A stretch of 64,000 nt of DNA from an uncultured Gemmatimonadales bacterium (lineage in GTDB: Bacteria > Gemmatimonadota > Gemmatimonadetes > Palauibacterales > Palauibacteraceae). The stretch lies in contig CAWANJ010000009.1 of the NCBI GenBank assembly GCA_963783385.1, positions 576,001 through 640,000 on the forward strand. Direction: 5' to 3'. Below the pieces are notes generated by a model, which searched no databases, had not been told where the DNA came from, and saw only the letters and a list, made by a program, of their open reading frames with translations. Each line of letters begins with the position of its first letter. Within the stretch, counting starts at the first letter, position 1. The translations under genes were made by a program, and so were the position numbers. Positions 50,365 to 59,405 of the stretch are shown here, piece after piece.

Positions 50365-50395
50365 ACCGCACAGGAAGGAAGAGGGGCCGCCGGCC

Positions 50396-50701
50396 TCAGC
50401 TAACGGGCGGGTAATCGGCCTCCTCGGCCACGTACTCCTTCCACAGCTTCGAGGGCCGGAACACCGGCACCGCACGCGGCGGGACCCGCACCGGGTCGCC
50501 GGTGCGCGGGTTGCGCGCCATGCGGGCCTTTCGGTGCCGGACCTCGAAGGTGCCGAATCCGCGCAGCTCGATCCGCTCCTCGTTGGCCAGCGCGTTCCGC
50601 ACCGCGTTCAGGAAACCGTCCACCACGGCCGCACAGTCCTTCTTGGTGATGCCCGGCCCGATGGCTTCGTACACCTGGTCGACCAGATCCGCCTTCGTCA
50701 T
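50396..50701 (-). CDS. HU/IHF family DNA-binding protein (IHF beta-like)
   Basis: MTKADLV, IELRGFGTF, ARNPRTG, FRPSK. Confidence 0.93.
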   Translation of the reverse strand: MTKADLVDQVYEAIGPGITKKDCAAVVDGFLNAVRNALANEERIELRGFGTFEVRHRKARMARNPRTGDPVRVPPRAVPVFRPSKLWKEYVAEEADYPPVS

Positions 50702-50822
50702 GTGACCCTTCCCGTGCAATGCGAGCCCGGCCGCCCGCGCGATCGCGAGCGCCCTGTCCCGACAAGAGATACCCGGAGGGTAGAGCCTGGATCCCTCCGG
50801 CCCCACGACGACCGGAAGGCCG

Positions 50823-51740
50823 TCAACGCCACTGGTAGAGAAGCCGCGGGGCCCCTCCGCCGCCGAAGCCGGCCCAGCCGGTCCAAGATGCCAGCCAACC
50901 TTCGAGCCGCGTCTGACTAACGCCCCTCAGGAGATCGAGGATCCCGACCCGCCGTTCCGTCGGACGGACCGTCGGGGGATGGTCGCCCAGTCCCGTGGCG
51001 CGCCCGGCGCGCGCCAGGACCTCGGAGAAGGTGGCGAGGCCGTCGACCAGCCCGAGGTCGCGGGCCCGCACCCCAGAGAATATGCGGCCGTCGGCGAGCG
51101 CCTTCACGGTGTCCCGCGCCAGGTGCCGGTTGCTGGCGACCGCGTCCACGAACTGGGCGTAGGTGTCGTCCACCACCTGCTGGAGGATGGCCCGGTCGGA
51201 ATCGGTGAGCTTGCGCGCCGGGCTTCCCATGTCCTTGTGCTCGCCGCTCTTGATCACCTCCAGCCGGACGCCCGCCTTGTCCATGAGTCGGTCGAACTCC
51301 GGGAACTCCATGATGACGCCGATGGACCCGGTGATCGAGCCAGGCAGGGCGAAGATGCTGTCCGCTCCGAGGGCGGCGTAGTACGCGCCCGAGGCGCCCA
51401 CGTCCCCGATCCACGCGTAGATGGGTCGGTCGTCGTCGTGCCGCAGGCTGTCGAGCTCACGATACAGGCTCTGCGACCCGCCCACGCTGCCACCCGGCGA
51501 GCGGATCTCGAGCACGAACGCTCGCACCGAACCGTCGTCGCGGAACCTCTCGAGCGCGTGGATGGCGCCCTGGCCCGTGCCGATCACGCCGTTCAAAGGC
51601 ACCACCGCGATGCGCCCTCCCCCGCCGAAGACCGGCACCGAGCGTCCGAGGAGCAAGGCGGCGGCCACCACGGCGCCTACGGCGAAGACGACGAGGACGA
51701 GACCCACGGCGAGGAACGAGGTGCGACTGCGTGCCGGCAT
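50823..51740 (-). CDS. sppA: Signal peptide peptidase SppA (S49)
   Basis: N-terminal TM, SPGG, ASGAYY, TGSIGV, KSGEHKD, ADGRIFSG. Confidence 0.93.
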   Translation of the reverse strand: MPARSRTSFLAVGLVLVVFAVGAVVAAALLLGRSVPVFGGGGRIAVVPLNGVIGTGQGAIHALERFRDDGSVRAFVLEIRSPGGSVGGSQSLYRELDSLRHDDDRPIYAWIGDVGASGAYYAALGADSIFALPGSITGSIGVIMEFPEFDRLMDKAGVRLEVIKSGEHKDMGSPARKLTDSDRAILQQVVDDTYAQFVDAVASNRHLARDTVKALADGRIFSGVRARDLGLVDGLATFSEVLARAGRATGLGDHPPTVRPTERRVGILDLLRGVSQTRLEGWLASWTGWAGFGGGGAPRLLYQWR

Positions 51741-51780
51741 GGCGTCCTTCCGGGGAGGCGAGACCGCTTCACCTGTGGGT

Positions 51781-51810
51781 AAGCTATTCCGCCGACCCGC
51801 GAAGTGTCAA
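51781..51810 (-). promoter_or_regulatory. sigma70-type promoter of sppA and the HU/IHF gene
   Basis: TTGACA-N18-TAGCTT on the minus strand. Confidence 0.65.
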
Positions 51811-52925
51811 CGCGTGACAGGCGCCCGCATTGCGTCCACGAAGCGGTCGAACAGATAGCGGCTGTCGTGCGGCCCCGGCGCGGACTCGGGGTGGTACTGG
51901 ACCGCGAACACCGGCAGGGTTCGGTGCGCCAGGCCCTCCACCGTTCCGTCGTTGAGGTTCCGGTGCGTGATCTCGAGGTCCGGAGCACCCGGCACCGTTT
52001 CGTCCTCCTCGAGCACGGCGAAGCCGTGGTTCTGGGAGGTGATCTCCACGTGCCCCGTGGCCAGGTTGCGCACCGGGTGGTTCCCGCCGCGGTGCCCGTA
52101 CGCGAGCTTGAAGGTGCGGCCGCCGAAGGCGAGGGCGATGAGCTGCAGACCCAGGCAGATCCCGAACACCGGCAGACCGGCACCGGCTGCCGCTCGGATC
52201 CTGTCCGCCGCCCCGGGCACGGCCGCGGGATCCCCCGGGCCGTTGGACACGAACAACCCGGAGGCCCCGGACTCGACGATGTCCGACGCCGGCGTGTTCC
52301 ACGGCACCACGCGGACGCGGTAGCCCTCCGCGCGAATGAGGTCCAGGCTGCGCTGCTTGACCCCGTAGTCCAGGCAGAGCACGAGGCCGCGCTCCGGTCC
52401 CTCCGCGGCCAGCTCGTAGGGCTCCGGGGTGGACACCGCCGAGCCCAGGTCGCGTCCCTCCATCGACGGCTCCGCCTGGAGCCGGGAACGTGCCGCCTCG
52501 AGGGGCTCGGAGGCGCCGGCGATCACCGCCCGCATGGCGCCCGACTCCCGGATCCTCCGGGTCACCGCTCGCGTGTCCACGTCGGTCAGGACGGGGATGC
52601 CGTGGCGCTCGAGGTAGTCGGTCAGGCGGCCCGGGCCGTCGCGGCCCGGATCCGCCGTCAGGTCCCGGACGACGAAGCCGGCCACCCACGGACGGCGCGA
52701 CTGGTCGTCCTCCTCCCGGATCCCGTAGACTCCGATCATGGGCGCGGTCATGACCACGATCTGACCGGCGTAGGACGGGTCGGTGAGGACCTCCTGATAG
52801 CCGGTCAGGTTGGTCGTGAACACGATCTCCCCGACCCCTCCCGGACCGGCGCCTGCGAGCCGCCCCTCGAAGCGAGTCCCGTCCTCGAGGAGAAGATATC
52901 CGTCAGCAGCTTGCGTGTCGGGCAA
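51807..52925 (-). CDS. carA: Carbamoyl-phosphate synthase small (glutaminase) subunit
   Basis: LLLEDGT, GYQEVLTDPSYAGQ, SNGPGDP, GICLG, SQNHG, QYHPE; start either TTG 52925 or ATG 52949. Confidence 0.94.
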   Translation of the reverse strand: MPDTQAADGYLLLEDGTRFEGRLAGAGPGGVGEIVFTTNLTGYQEVLTDPSYAGQIVVMTAPMIGVYGIREEDDQSRRPWVAGFVVRDLTADPGRDGPGRLTDYLERHGIPVLTDVDTRAVTRRIRESGAMRAVIAGASEPLEAARSRLQAEPSMEGRDLGSAVSTPEPYELAAEGPERGLVLCLDYGVKQRSLDLIRAEGYRVRVVPWNTPASDIVESGASGLFVSNGPGDPAAVPGAADRIRAAAGAGLPVFGICLGLQLIALAFGGRTFKLAYGHRGGNHPVRNLATGHVEITSQNHGFAVLEEDETVPGAPDLEITHRNLNDGTVEGLAHRTLPVFAVQYHPESAPGPHDSRYLFDRFVDAMRAPVTR

Positions 52926-52947
52926 CGAACGACTCCCATACAGGGCC

Positions 52948-53586
52948 ATGAATCCCAGCGAACGCTCCGGTGGCGGGCGGACCGACGGTCCGTCGCACAT
53001 CTACATCTACGCGGACGAGTCCTGCCTGGGCAACCAGTTCCGGACCCGCTCCAATCCCGGCGGCGCCGCCGGGCTGGTCGAACAGTTCCGTCCCCGCGGA
53101 GGGTGGGCGCGCAAGGACTTCGCGCGCTTCGAGCCGGACACGACCAACAACCGCATGGCATTGTGGTCGGGCATCCTCGGTCTGGGTGCCCTCCGTCGGC
53201 CCTCCGAGGTCGTGTTCACGAGCGACAGCCAGTACCTCGTGCGGGGCATGAAGGAGTGGATCCACGGCTGGGCCCGTCGCGGCTGGAAGCGGAAGGGCGG
53301 CGAGATCGAGAACCTGGAGCTCTGGCAGGAGCTGGCCGGCGTCGCCCGGCGCCATCGTGTGGAGTGGCGCTGGATCCGGGGACACGCCGGACATCCCAAG
53401 AACGAGTACGCCAACGAGCTCGCGATCGGGACCGCCCGTACGGGCGAGGGGCTCGACGGGCTCGTCCCGTCGGGGTTCGACGACTGGATCCAGGCCCGGA
53501 TCGACGCCGGGCAGTTCGTCGACTACCTGGACGTGCCGCCCGACGAGCCCTTCGAGCCCGACCCGGCGGCGCCCGCCCCCTCCTGA
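52948..53586 (+). CDS. rnhA: Ribonuclease HI-family protein with atypical active-site residues
   Basis: YADESCLGN, TTNNRMAL, TSDSQY, W..RGWK, NLELWQEL, WIRGHAGHPKNEYANELA. Confidence 0.88.
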   Translation: MNPSERSGGGRTDGPSHIYIYADESCLGNQFRTRSNPGGAAGLVEQFRPRGGWARKDFARFEPDTTNNRMALWSGILGLGALRRPSEVVFTSDSQYLVRGMKEWIHGWARRGWKRKGGEIENLELWQELAGVARRHRVEWRWIRGHAGHPKNEYANELAIGTARTGEGLDGLVPSGFDDWIQARIDAGQFVDYLDVPPDEPFEPDPAAPAPS

Positions 53587-54002
53587 CCCGTGTCGGGACG
53601 GCTGCCGGGCAGCGGCAGGCCCTTCCGGCCCGCGCTCGACGTGTCCGGGATCCGCGCCCCGGCGCTCTCCGCCTGCAGGACCGACGTCGGCGTCCTCGGA
53701 ACCTGCTGCTGTGCGCCGCCGCTGAACTCGCCCTGGAGGATCGAGCTCGGCGTGCTCTGGCGCGAGCCCGAGGAGATCAGGGCCAGGACAAACGCGAGGA
53801 ACAGGAACACGCCGCCTCCGATCCAGCTCAGCTTCGTGAGCAGGGTGGCCGCCTGCCGGCCGCCCATGAAGGAGTCGGTGGAGGAAGACGCGCCCCCGAA
53901 GGTCGCGGCCAGCCCGCCCCCCTTGCCCGACTGGAGCAAGATGATGACGCACAGGAGGATGGCCAGCAGGATCAGGACGATGAGCAGAAACGTATATAGC
54001 AT
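53523..54002 (-). CDS. secG: Preprotein translocase subunit SecG with low-complexity C-terminal tail
   Basis: ILLQSGKGGGLAATFGG, LLTKLSW; follows tpiA. Confidence 0.92.
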   Translation of the reverse strand: MLYTFLLIVLILLAILLCVIILLQSGKGGGLAATFGGASSSTDSFMGGRQAATLLTKLSWIGGGVFLFLAFVLALISSGSRQSTPSSILQGEFSGGAQQQVPRTPTSVLQAESAGARIPDTSSAGRKGLPLPGSRPDTGQEGAGAAGSGSKGSSGGTSR

Positions 54003-54083
54003 CGAATCGTGTGCTTCCGTGACGGCGGCGAAACGTGCGAAGGCGCGGGCACGCCGCGCCCGCGCCTTCCTGTCCTGGCCGGA

Positions 54084-54113
54084 AACCTAGCGCTCCGGCC
54101 CGTCCGGCGTCAA
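54084..54113 (-). promoter_or_regulatory. Putative promoter of secG
   Basis: TTGACG-N18-TAGGTT on the minus strand. Confidence 0.55.
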
Positions 54114-54118
54114 CGCGC

Positions 54119-54884
54119 TCACGCCGTGACCACGGCACAAATGTCGGCGAACGCCTCGGGATCCAGACTCGCCCCACCGACCAGGGCCCCGTCTATGCCG
54201 GGCATGGCCAGGAGCTCCTCGGCGTTCGCGGGCTTGACGCTGCCTCCGTAGATGATCGGAACCTCCCCCGCGGCGTCTCCCATCCACGAGGCCAGATCGC
54301 CACGCACCAGTCGATGGGCCGCCGCCGCGTCTTCGGGGCTGGCCGTGCGACCCGTACCGATGGCCCACACCGGCTCGTAGGCGATCACGAGTCCCCGTCG
54401 CTCCCGCTCGGACAGCCGCTCGAGCACGGCCGCGACCTGCCAATGCAGGACCTCCTCGAGCCGGCCCTGGTCGCGCTCCTCGAGGGTCTCACCCACGCAC
54501 AGGACGGGCGCGACGCCGGCTTCCAGGAGGCGATTCACCTTTCGGGCCACCCGTTCGTCGTCGTCCCCGAACTCCCGGCGGCGCTCCGAGTGGCCCGCCA
54601 GTCCCCAGCGGGACCCCGCCTCGGCGGCCATCGAGGCCGAGATGGCCCCGGTGTGGGCTCCCTCACGCTCCTGATGGACGTCCTGCACTCCGACCTCCAG
54701 GTCGGGTCGGCCGGCCGCCGCGTCCACGAACGCGGGAAGCGAGAATGGCGGGCGGAAACAGGACCACCGTCCGGTCTTCGCGGGGCCGGTGCCGCTCCGC
54801 GAAAGCGCGCACGAACGCCCTGGCCTCGTCCGGGCCCTTGTGCATCTTCCAGTTGCCGCCGAAGAACGGGCGCGCCGCACTCAC
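54119..54884 (-). CDS. tpiA: Triosephosphate isomerase; one apparent +1 frameshift at ~54744
   Basis: GGNWKMH in one frame; GHSERR, AYEPVWAIGTG, YGGSV, LVGGASL in another. Removing one base gives FPPAISLPAF and ~254 aa. Confidence 0.93.
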
Positions 54885-56074
54885 GGCGCGTCGTCCAGGG
54901 CTTCGACGCCCGGCAGGCGGCCGGTCGCCAGGTATTCGAGCGCGGCGCCGCCTCCCGTCGACACGTGCGACAGCCGGTCGGCCAGCCCGGCCTCCCGCAC
55001 GGCCCGGGCCGAATCCCCGCCCCCGACCACCGCGAACGCGCCGGCGTCGCAGGCCTCCGCCACGGCGCGGGCCACCGCGCGCGTTCCGGCGGCGAAGGCC
55101 TCCTTCTCGAACATCCCCATGGGGCCGTTCCAGAACACGGTGGCGGCATCGTCCAGGGCCATGGCGTACGCGTCTCGAGTGTCGGGTCCGATGTCCAGGG
55201 CCATGGCATCCGCGGAGATCGAGTCCGAGTCCACCACGTGGGCACGGTCCCCGTCGTCCGGCGAGACTGCCACCACGACGTCGACCGGCAGCTCGAGCCG
55301 ATCCCCACCCTTCGTCATAAGGCGTCTCGCCTCGTCCAGGGCTTCGTCCTCGACGAGGGAGGAGCCGATCTCACGACCCTCGGACTTCAGGAACGTGTTG
55401 CCCATGGCGCCCCCGACCAGGACGCGGTCCGCGCGTCCCAGGAACGCCTCCATCAGCTCGATCTTGTCGCCGATCTTGGCCCCGCCCATGATCACGATGA
55501 ACGGCGGATCGGGATCCGAGCGCAGCCGGTCGAGCGCCTCGAGCTCGGTCTCGACCAGCAAGCCCGCCACCGCCGGGTGGAGGACCGCCGGCACGCCCAC
55601 CACCGAGCAATGCTTCCTGTGGCAGGCGCCGAACGCGTCGTTCACATACAGGTCGCCCAGGCGGGCGAGCCGCCTCGCCAGCTCCGGGTCGTTCTGCTTC
55701 TCCCCCGGGAGGAATCGCAGGTTCTCGAGGAGGAGGACCGAGCCCGTCTCCAGGCCGCGGCTCTCCCGCAGGGCCTCCTCCGAGTCGGCCGGACCCACGA
55801 AACGGACGGGCCGCTCCAACAGGGCCTCGAGCCGCTCGGCCACGGGCGCGAGGGACAGCTCGGGATCGGGACGCCCCCCCGGCCGTCCCAGGTGCGACAT
55901 GAGGACGGGCCGGGCTCCGGCATCCAGGAGGTGACGGATCGTGGGCAGGGTCGCGCCGATCCGCGCGTCGTCCCGGACCTCGCCGGACTCGAGGGGCACG
56001 TTGTAGTCCACCCGGACCAGGACCCGCCGGCCTCCGAGGTCGGCGGGTCCCAGACTGCGGAGCGTGCGCTTCAC
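54881..56074 (-). CDS. pgk: Phosphoglycerate kinase
   Basis: RVDYNVP, SHLGRP, LENLRF, WNGPMG, STGGGA. Confidence 0.97.
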   Translation of the reverse strand: MKRTLRSLGPADLGGRRVLVRVDYNVPLESGEVRDDARIGATLPTIRHLLDAGARPVLMSHLGRPGGRPDPELSLAPVAERLEALLERPVRFVGPADSEEALRESRGLETGSVLLLENLRFLPGEKQNDPELARRLARLGDLYVNDAFGACHRKHCSVVGVPAVLHPAVAGLLVETELEALDRLRSDPDPPFIVIMGGAKIGDKIELMEAFLGRADRVLVGGAMGNTFLKSEGREIGSSLVEDEALDEARRLMTKGGDRLELPVDVVVAVSPDDGDRAHVVDSDSISADAMALDIGPDTRDAYAMALDDAATVFWNGPMGMFEKEAFAAGTRAVARAVAEACDAGAFAVVGGGDSARAVREAGLADRLSHVSTGGGAALEYLATGRLPGVEALDDAP

Positions 56075-57099
56075 GCCGGGCTCGCGGCGGGGAGCCTGTC
56101 GGCCACGAGGTGTGCCAGCTCGAGGCATCGGTTCGAGTAGCCCCACTCGTTGTCGTACCAGGACACGACCTTCACCAGCCTACCGGCCTGTACCATCGTG
56201 GATTGTCCATCCACGATCGAGCTGGCCGGGTGGCCGGTGTAGTCGACCGAAACCAGCGGCTCGTCGCTGTAGGCCAGGATCCCCGCCAGGTCCCCCTCGG
56301 CGCGTGACCGGAAGATCTCGTTGACCTCCTCCGCGCTCGTGTCCCGACCGACCGTCACGACCAGGTCGGTGATGGACACGTCGGGCGTGGGCACCCGCAT
56401 GGCCATGCCCTCGAACTTGCCCTCCACCTTCGGATAGACCAGGGCCGTGGCCCGCGCCGCGCCGGTCGTGGTGGGGATGATGGAGAGCGCGGCGGCACGC
56501 GCGCGACGCAGGTCCTTGTGGGGGCCGTCGAGGATCTGCTGGTTCGCCGTGTAGCTGTGCACGGTGGTCATGAGCCCGTTCTCCCACCCGAGCTCCTCAT
56601 CGACCACCCGCACCAGGGGGGCCACGCAGTTGGTCGTGCAGCTCGCGTTGGAGAGGATGTCGTGCCGGTCGGGATCGTAGTCCCCCTCGTTCACGCCCAG
56701 GCAGAGGGTCACGTCGGGCTCCTTGGCGGGCGCCGTGACGATGACCTTCCGCGCGCCGGCCGACAGGTGCTTGGCGGCGTCGGCCCGCTTCGTGAACAGG
56801 CCGGTGGCCTCGAGCACGATGTCGACCTCGAGCTCGTCCCAAGGCAGGGCGCCGGGATCGCGCTCGGACAGGACCCGGACGTCGCGGCCATCCACCACCA
56901 GCGCGTCGCCACGCACCTCGACCGCAGCGCCGAACCGGCCGTGCACCGAGTCGTAACGCAGCAGGTGCGCGAGGGTCTCGGGACTGGTGAGGTCGTTCAC
57001 GGCCACGATCTCGACCTTGCCGTCGCGGCGCCCGTGGGCCGCCCGGAAGATGTTGCGGCCGATCCGACCGAATCCGTTGATGGCCACGCGTACGGTCAT
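56071..57099 (-). CDS. gap: Type I glyceraldehyde-3-phosphate dehydrogenase
   Basis: INGFGRIGR, SNASCTTNC, WYDNEWGY. Confidence 0.98.
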   Translation of the reverse strand: MTVRVAINGFGRIGRNIFRAAHGRRDGKVEIVAVNDLTSPETLAHLLRYDSVHGRFGAAVEVRGDALVVDGRDVRVLSERDPGALPWDELEVDIVLEATGLFTKRADAAKHLSAGARKVIVTAPAKEPDVTLCLGVNEGDYDPDRHDILSNASCTTNCVAPLVRVVDEELGWENGLMTTVHSYTANQQILDGPHKDLRRARAAALSIIPTTTGAARATALVYPKVEGKFEGMAMRVPTPDVSITDLVVTVGRDTSAEEVNEIFRSRAEGDLAGILAYSDEPLVSVDYTGHPASSIVDGQSTMVQAGRLVKVVSWYDNEWGYSNRCLELAHLVADRLPAASPA

Positions 57100-57199
57100 T
57101 CTCCCCCCTCGAAGCTCCCATTGGTGATGTCGGTCCGGCCAACCCGGTCGCCCTCCGGGTCGCCCGGAAAGCCGGTTCGCCGGCGCCGCCGCTGTCGGG

Positions 57200-57982
57200 T
57201 CACGACGATCCCATGACCTGCAAGGCCCGTGCAAAGGCGACGGCCCCCGTCACTTGCTCTCCCGAGTCGCGAAGGGCCAGCGCGCAGGCCGCCGCCGTGG
57301 CGCCCGTGGTCAGGACATCGTCGACCAGGAGAACCGGGAGCTCATCCGTCGATCCCGCACGGGCGTGGAACGCCTCCCTCACGTTCTCCCGCCGCTCGTT
57401 GCGTCCAAGCCTCACCTGCCGGCGCCGCGCGTCGTCCCGAGAGAGCGCCGCGCCCACCGGCCACCCCAGTCGGATGCCGAGCGACCGGGCCAGGAGCTCC
57501 GCCTGGTTGTAGCCGCGCTCCCGCAACCGCGCCGCCGGCAGGGGCACGGGCTCGAGGCGGTGCACCACCTCGCCGGCCAGCTCGAGGGCGGCCGCCGCCA
57601 GGGCCTCGCCCATGGGCCGGGCCAGCGTGAACCACCCCTCGTACTTGAGGGCGTGAACCAGCCTCGCCGCTCCAGCATCCATCCGGAACGGCGCGCGCGT
57701 GCGCGGCAGGTGCTCCGGCCAAGAGAGGCACTCGGAGCAACGGTCCTCCCTCCCCAGGTCCAGGAGCCGGGTGGCGCCGCACCGCCGGCAGCGCGGCGCC
57801 ACCACCCTGGGAAGCCGGTGCCAGCACAGGGCGCAAACCGGCGCCGTTCCGGGCTCGAGGCTCTCCCCGCAGGCCACGCAGGCGGGCGGCAGGAGCCGGT
57901 CCAGCCACGCTCCGAGCCGTCTACGGGAGGAGCCCCGCCGGCCCCCGGCACCGGTGCCCGCCGACACCGTCGGTCGGCTCAC
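57200..57982 (-). CDS. comF: ComF family protein (double zinc ribbon + PRTase domain)
   Basis: CVAC/CALC/CRRC/CSEC, RGYNQA, LLVDDVLTTGAT. Confidence 0.88.
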   Translation of the reverse strand: MSRPTVSAGTGAGGRRGSSRRRLGAWLDRLLPPACVACGESLEPGTAPVCALCWHRLPRVVAPRCRRCGATRLLDLGREDRCSECLSWPEHLPRTRAPFRMDAGAARLVHALKYEGWFTLARPMGEALAAAALELAGEVVHRLEPVPLPAARLRERGYNQAELLARSLGIRLGWPVGAALSRDDARRRQVRLGRNERRENVREAFHARAGSTDELPVLLVDDVLTTGATAAACALALRDSGEQVTGAVAFARALQVMGSS

Positions 57983-58878
57983 GTCGTCCGTCCCGCGGCG
58001 TGCGCGGCCGCCTCGAGCATGATCCGCCGGGGCGGCTCCACTCCCAGCCAGCAGGCCAGCGAGGCCGCCGCCTGTTCGACGAGCATCCCGAGCCCGTCCG
58101 CCGCGCGCAGGTCCCGTGCACGAGCCTCGCGGACCCAGCGGGTCTCCTCCGGACCGTACACGAGGTCCAGGATCGCCGCGCCACCGACGCCATCGAGCGC
58201 CAGGGGGAGGGGATCCGACGCCTCGAGGCCGAGCCGCGTGGCGTTCACCACGAGGTCGTAGCGATCCGCCGGAACGCCCCCGGGCAGCGCCAGCGCCGCC
58301 GGTGTGCCGCCCGGGGCCCGCGGCGCGCCCTCCGGCCCCGGCCCCTCGAGCACGCGCACCGGGGTGCCCGGACCGACCACCCTGGAGGCCATGGAGCGCG
58401 CGTGCTCCGCGGTGCGGTTCAGCACGTCCACGGATCCGACGCCGGCCTCGAGGCATGCGGCCACCACCGCCGCGGCGGCACCTCCCGCCCCGAGGAGCAG
58501 GACGCGCCCTGCCGGCCAGCGTTTCGGCACGAGGTCTCTCGCCGCCTCCAGGAATCCGGCGACGTCGGTGTTCTCCCCGACCAGGCCGCGGCCCTCTTCG
58601 AACCAGAAGCAGTTGCACGCGCCGGTGGCCCGCACCAGCCTCGACGCCCCGTCCAGCAGCGCCGCCGCCCGACCCTTGTGAGGCAGGGTGACATTGCCGC
58701 CGCCGCGGCGCCCCATCCGGCTCATCGTGGCCTCCAGCTCCTCCGCGCTCACGTCCATCGCTCGATAGCGTGCCTCGATCCCCAGGGCCTCGAACGCGGC
58801 CCGATGGATCGCCGGTGAGAGCGAGTGAGCCACCGGATGGCCGAGGAGCGCGAACTCCAGGACGCGCCCGCCGCTCAA
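57979..58878 (-). CDS. aroE: Shikimate dehydrogenase
   Basis: GHPVAHSLSP, NVTLPHK, NTD, LGAGGAA, DLVY, GLGMLVEQA. Confidence 0.93.
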   Translation of the reverse strand: MSGGRVLEFALLGHPVAHSLSPAIHRAAFEALGIEARYRAMDVSAEELEATMSRMGRRGGGNVTLPHKGRAAALLDGASRLVRATGACNCFWFEEGRGLVGENTDVAGFLEAARDLVPKRWPAGRVLLLGAGGAAAAVVAACLEAGVGSVDVLNRTAEHARSMASRVVGPGTPVRVLEGPGPEGAPRAPGGTPAALALPGGVPADRYDLVVNATRLGLEASDPLPLALDGVGGAAILDLVYGPEETRWVREARARDLRAADGLGMLVEQAAASLACWLGVEPPRRIMLEAAAHAAGRTT

Positions 58879-59405
58879 TCCCCGTCCCGTCGACCGGGCC
58901 GGCCGGCGCGCGCCTCGGTCAGACGCGCCGCGAGGCCGTCGACGGCACGCTCGAGAACCTCGAACGCATCGCGGTAGGCTTCCGGACCGCCGCCGACGGG
59001 GTCCACGATGGACCGGTCACGGAGTGGATCGCCCTCCGGGAGGTAGTGTGACAGGAGGACGGCCCGGCGGCCCGCGCCCAGCTCGGACGCCGACCTCCTG
59101 TGGGACTCCGACATGCACAGGACGAGGTCCGCCCGGGCCGCCATGTCCGAGGTGAGGGGGCGGGACCGATGGCCCTCCAGGTCCAGATCGTGCCGGGCGG
59201 CGACGGCCCGGGCATCCTCGGCGGCCCCGACCCCGGGTACGGCGAAGGTGCCGGCGGACCCCACCGCCACATCCGCAAGCCGTGCCGCCAGCGCGGCCCG
59301 GGCCAGGACCTCCGCCATCGGGCTGCGGCACGTGTTGCCGGTGCACACGAACAGGAGGCTGCGCACGCGGGCCAGGTCCGGGGTCTCTCGCCGTCCCTCG
59401 CTCAT
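58875..59405 (-). CDS. Low-molecular-weight phosphatase, YwlE-type (probable protein-arginine phosphatase)
   Basis: P-loop FVCTGNTCRSPMAE, SAGT, DP general-acid loop (IVDPVGG). Confidence 0.85.
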   Translation of the reverse strand: MSEGRRETPDLARVRSLLFVCTGNTCRSPMAEVLARAALAARLADVAVGSAGTFAVPGVGAAEDARAVAARHDLDLEGHRSRPLTSDMAARADLVLCMSESHRRSASELGAGRRAVLLSHYLPEGDPLRDRSIVDPVGGGPEAYRDAFEVLERAVDGLAARLTEARAGRPGRRDGD

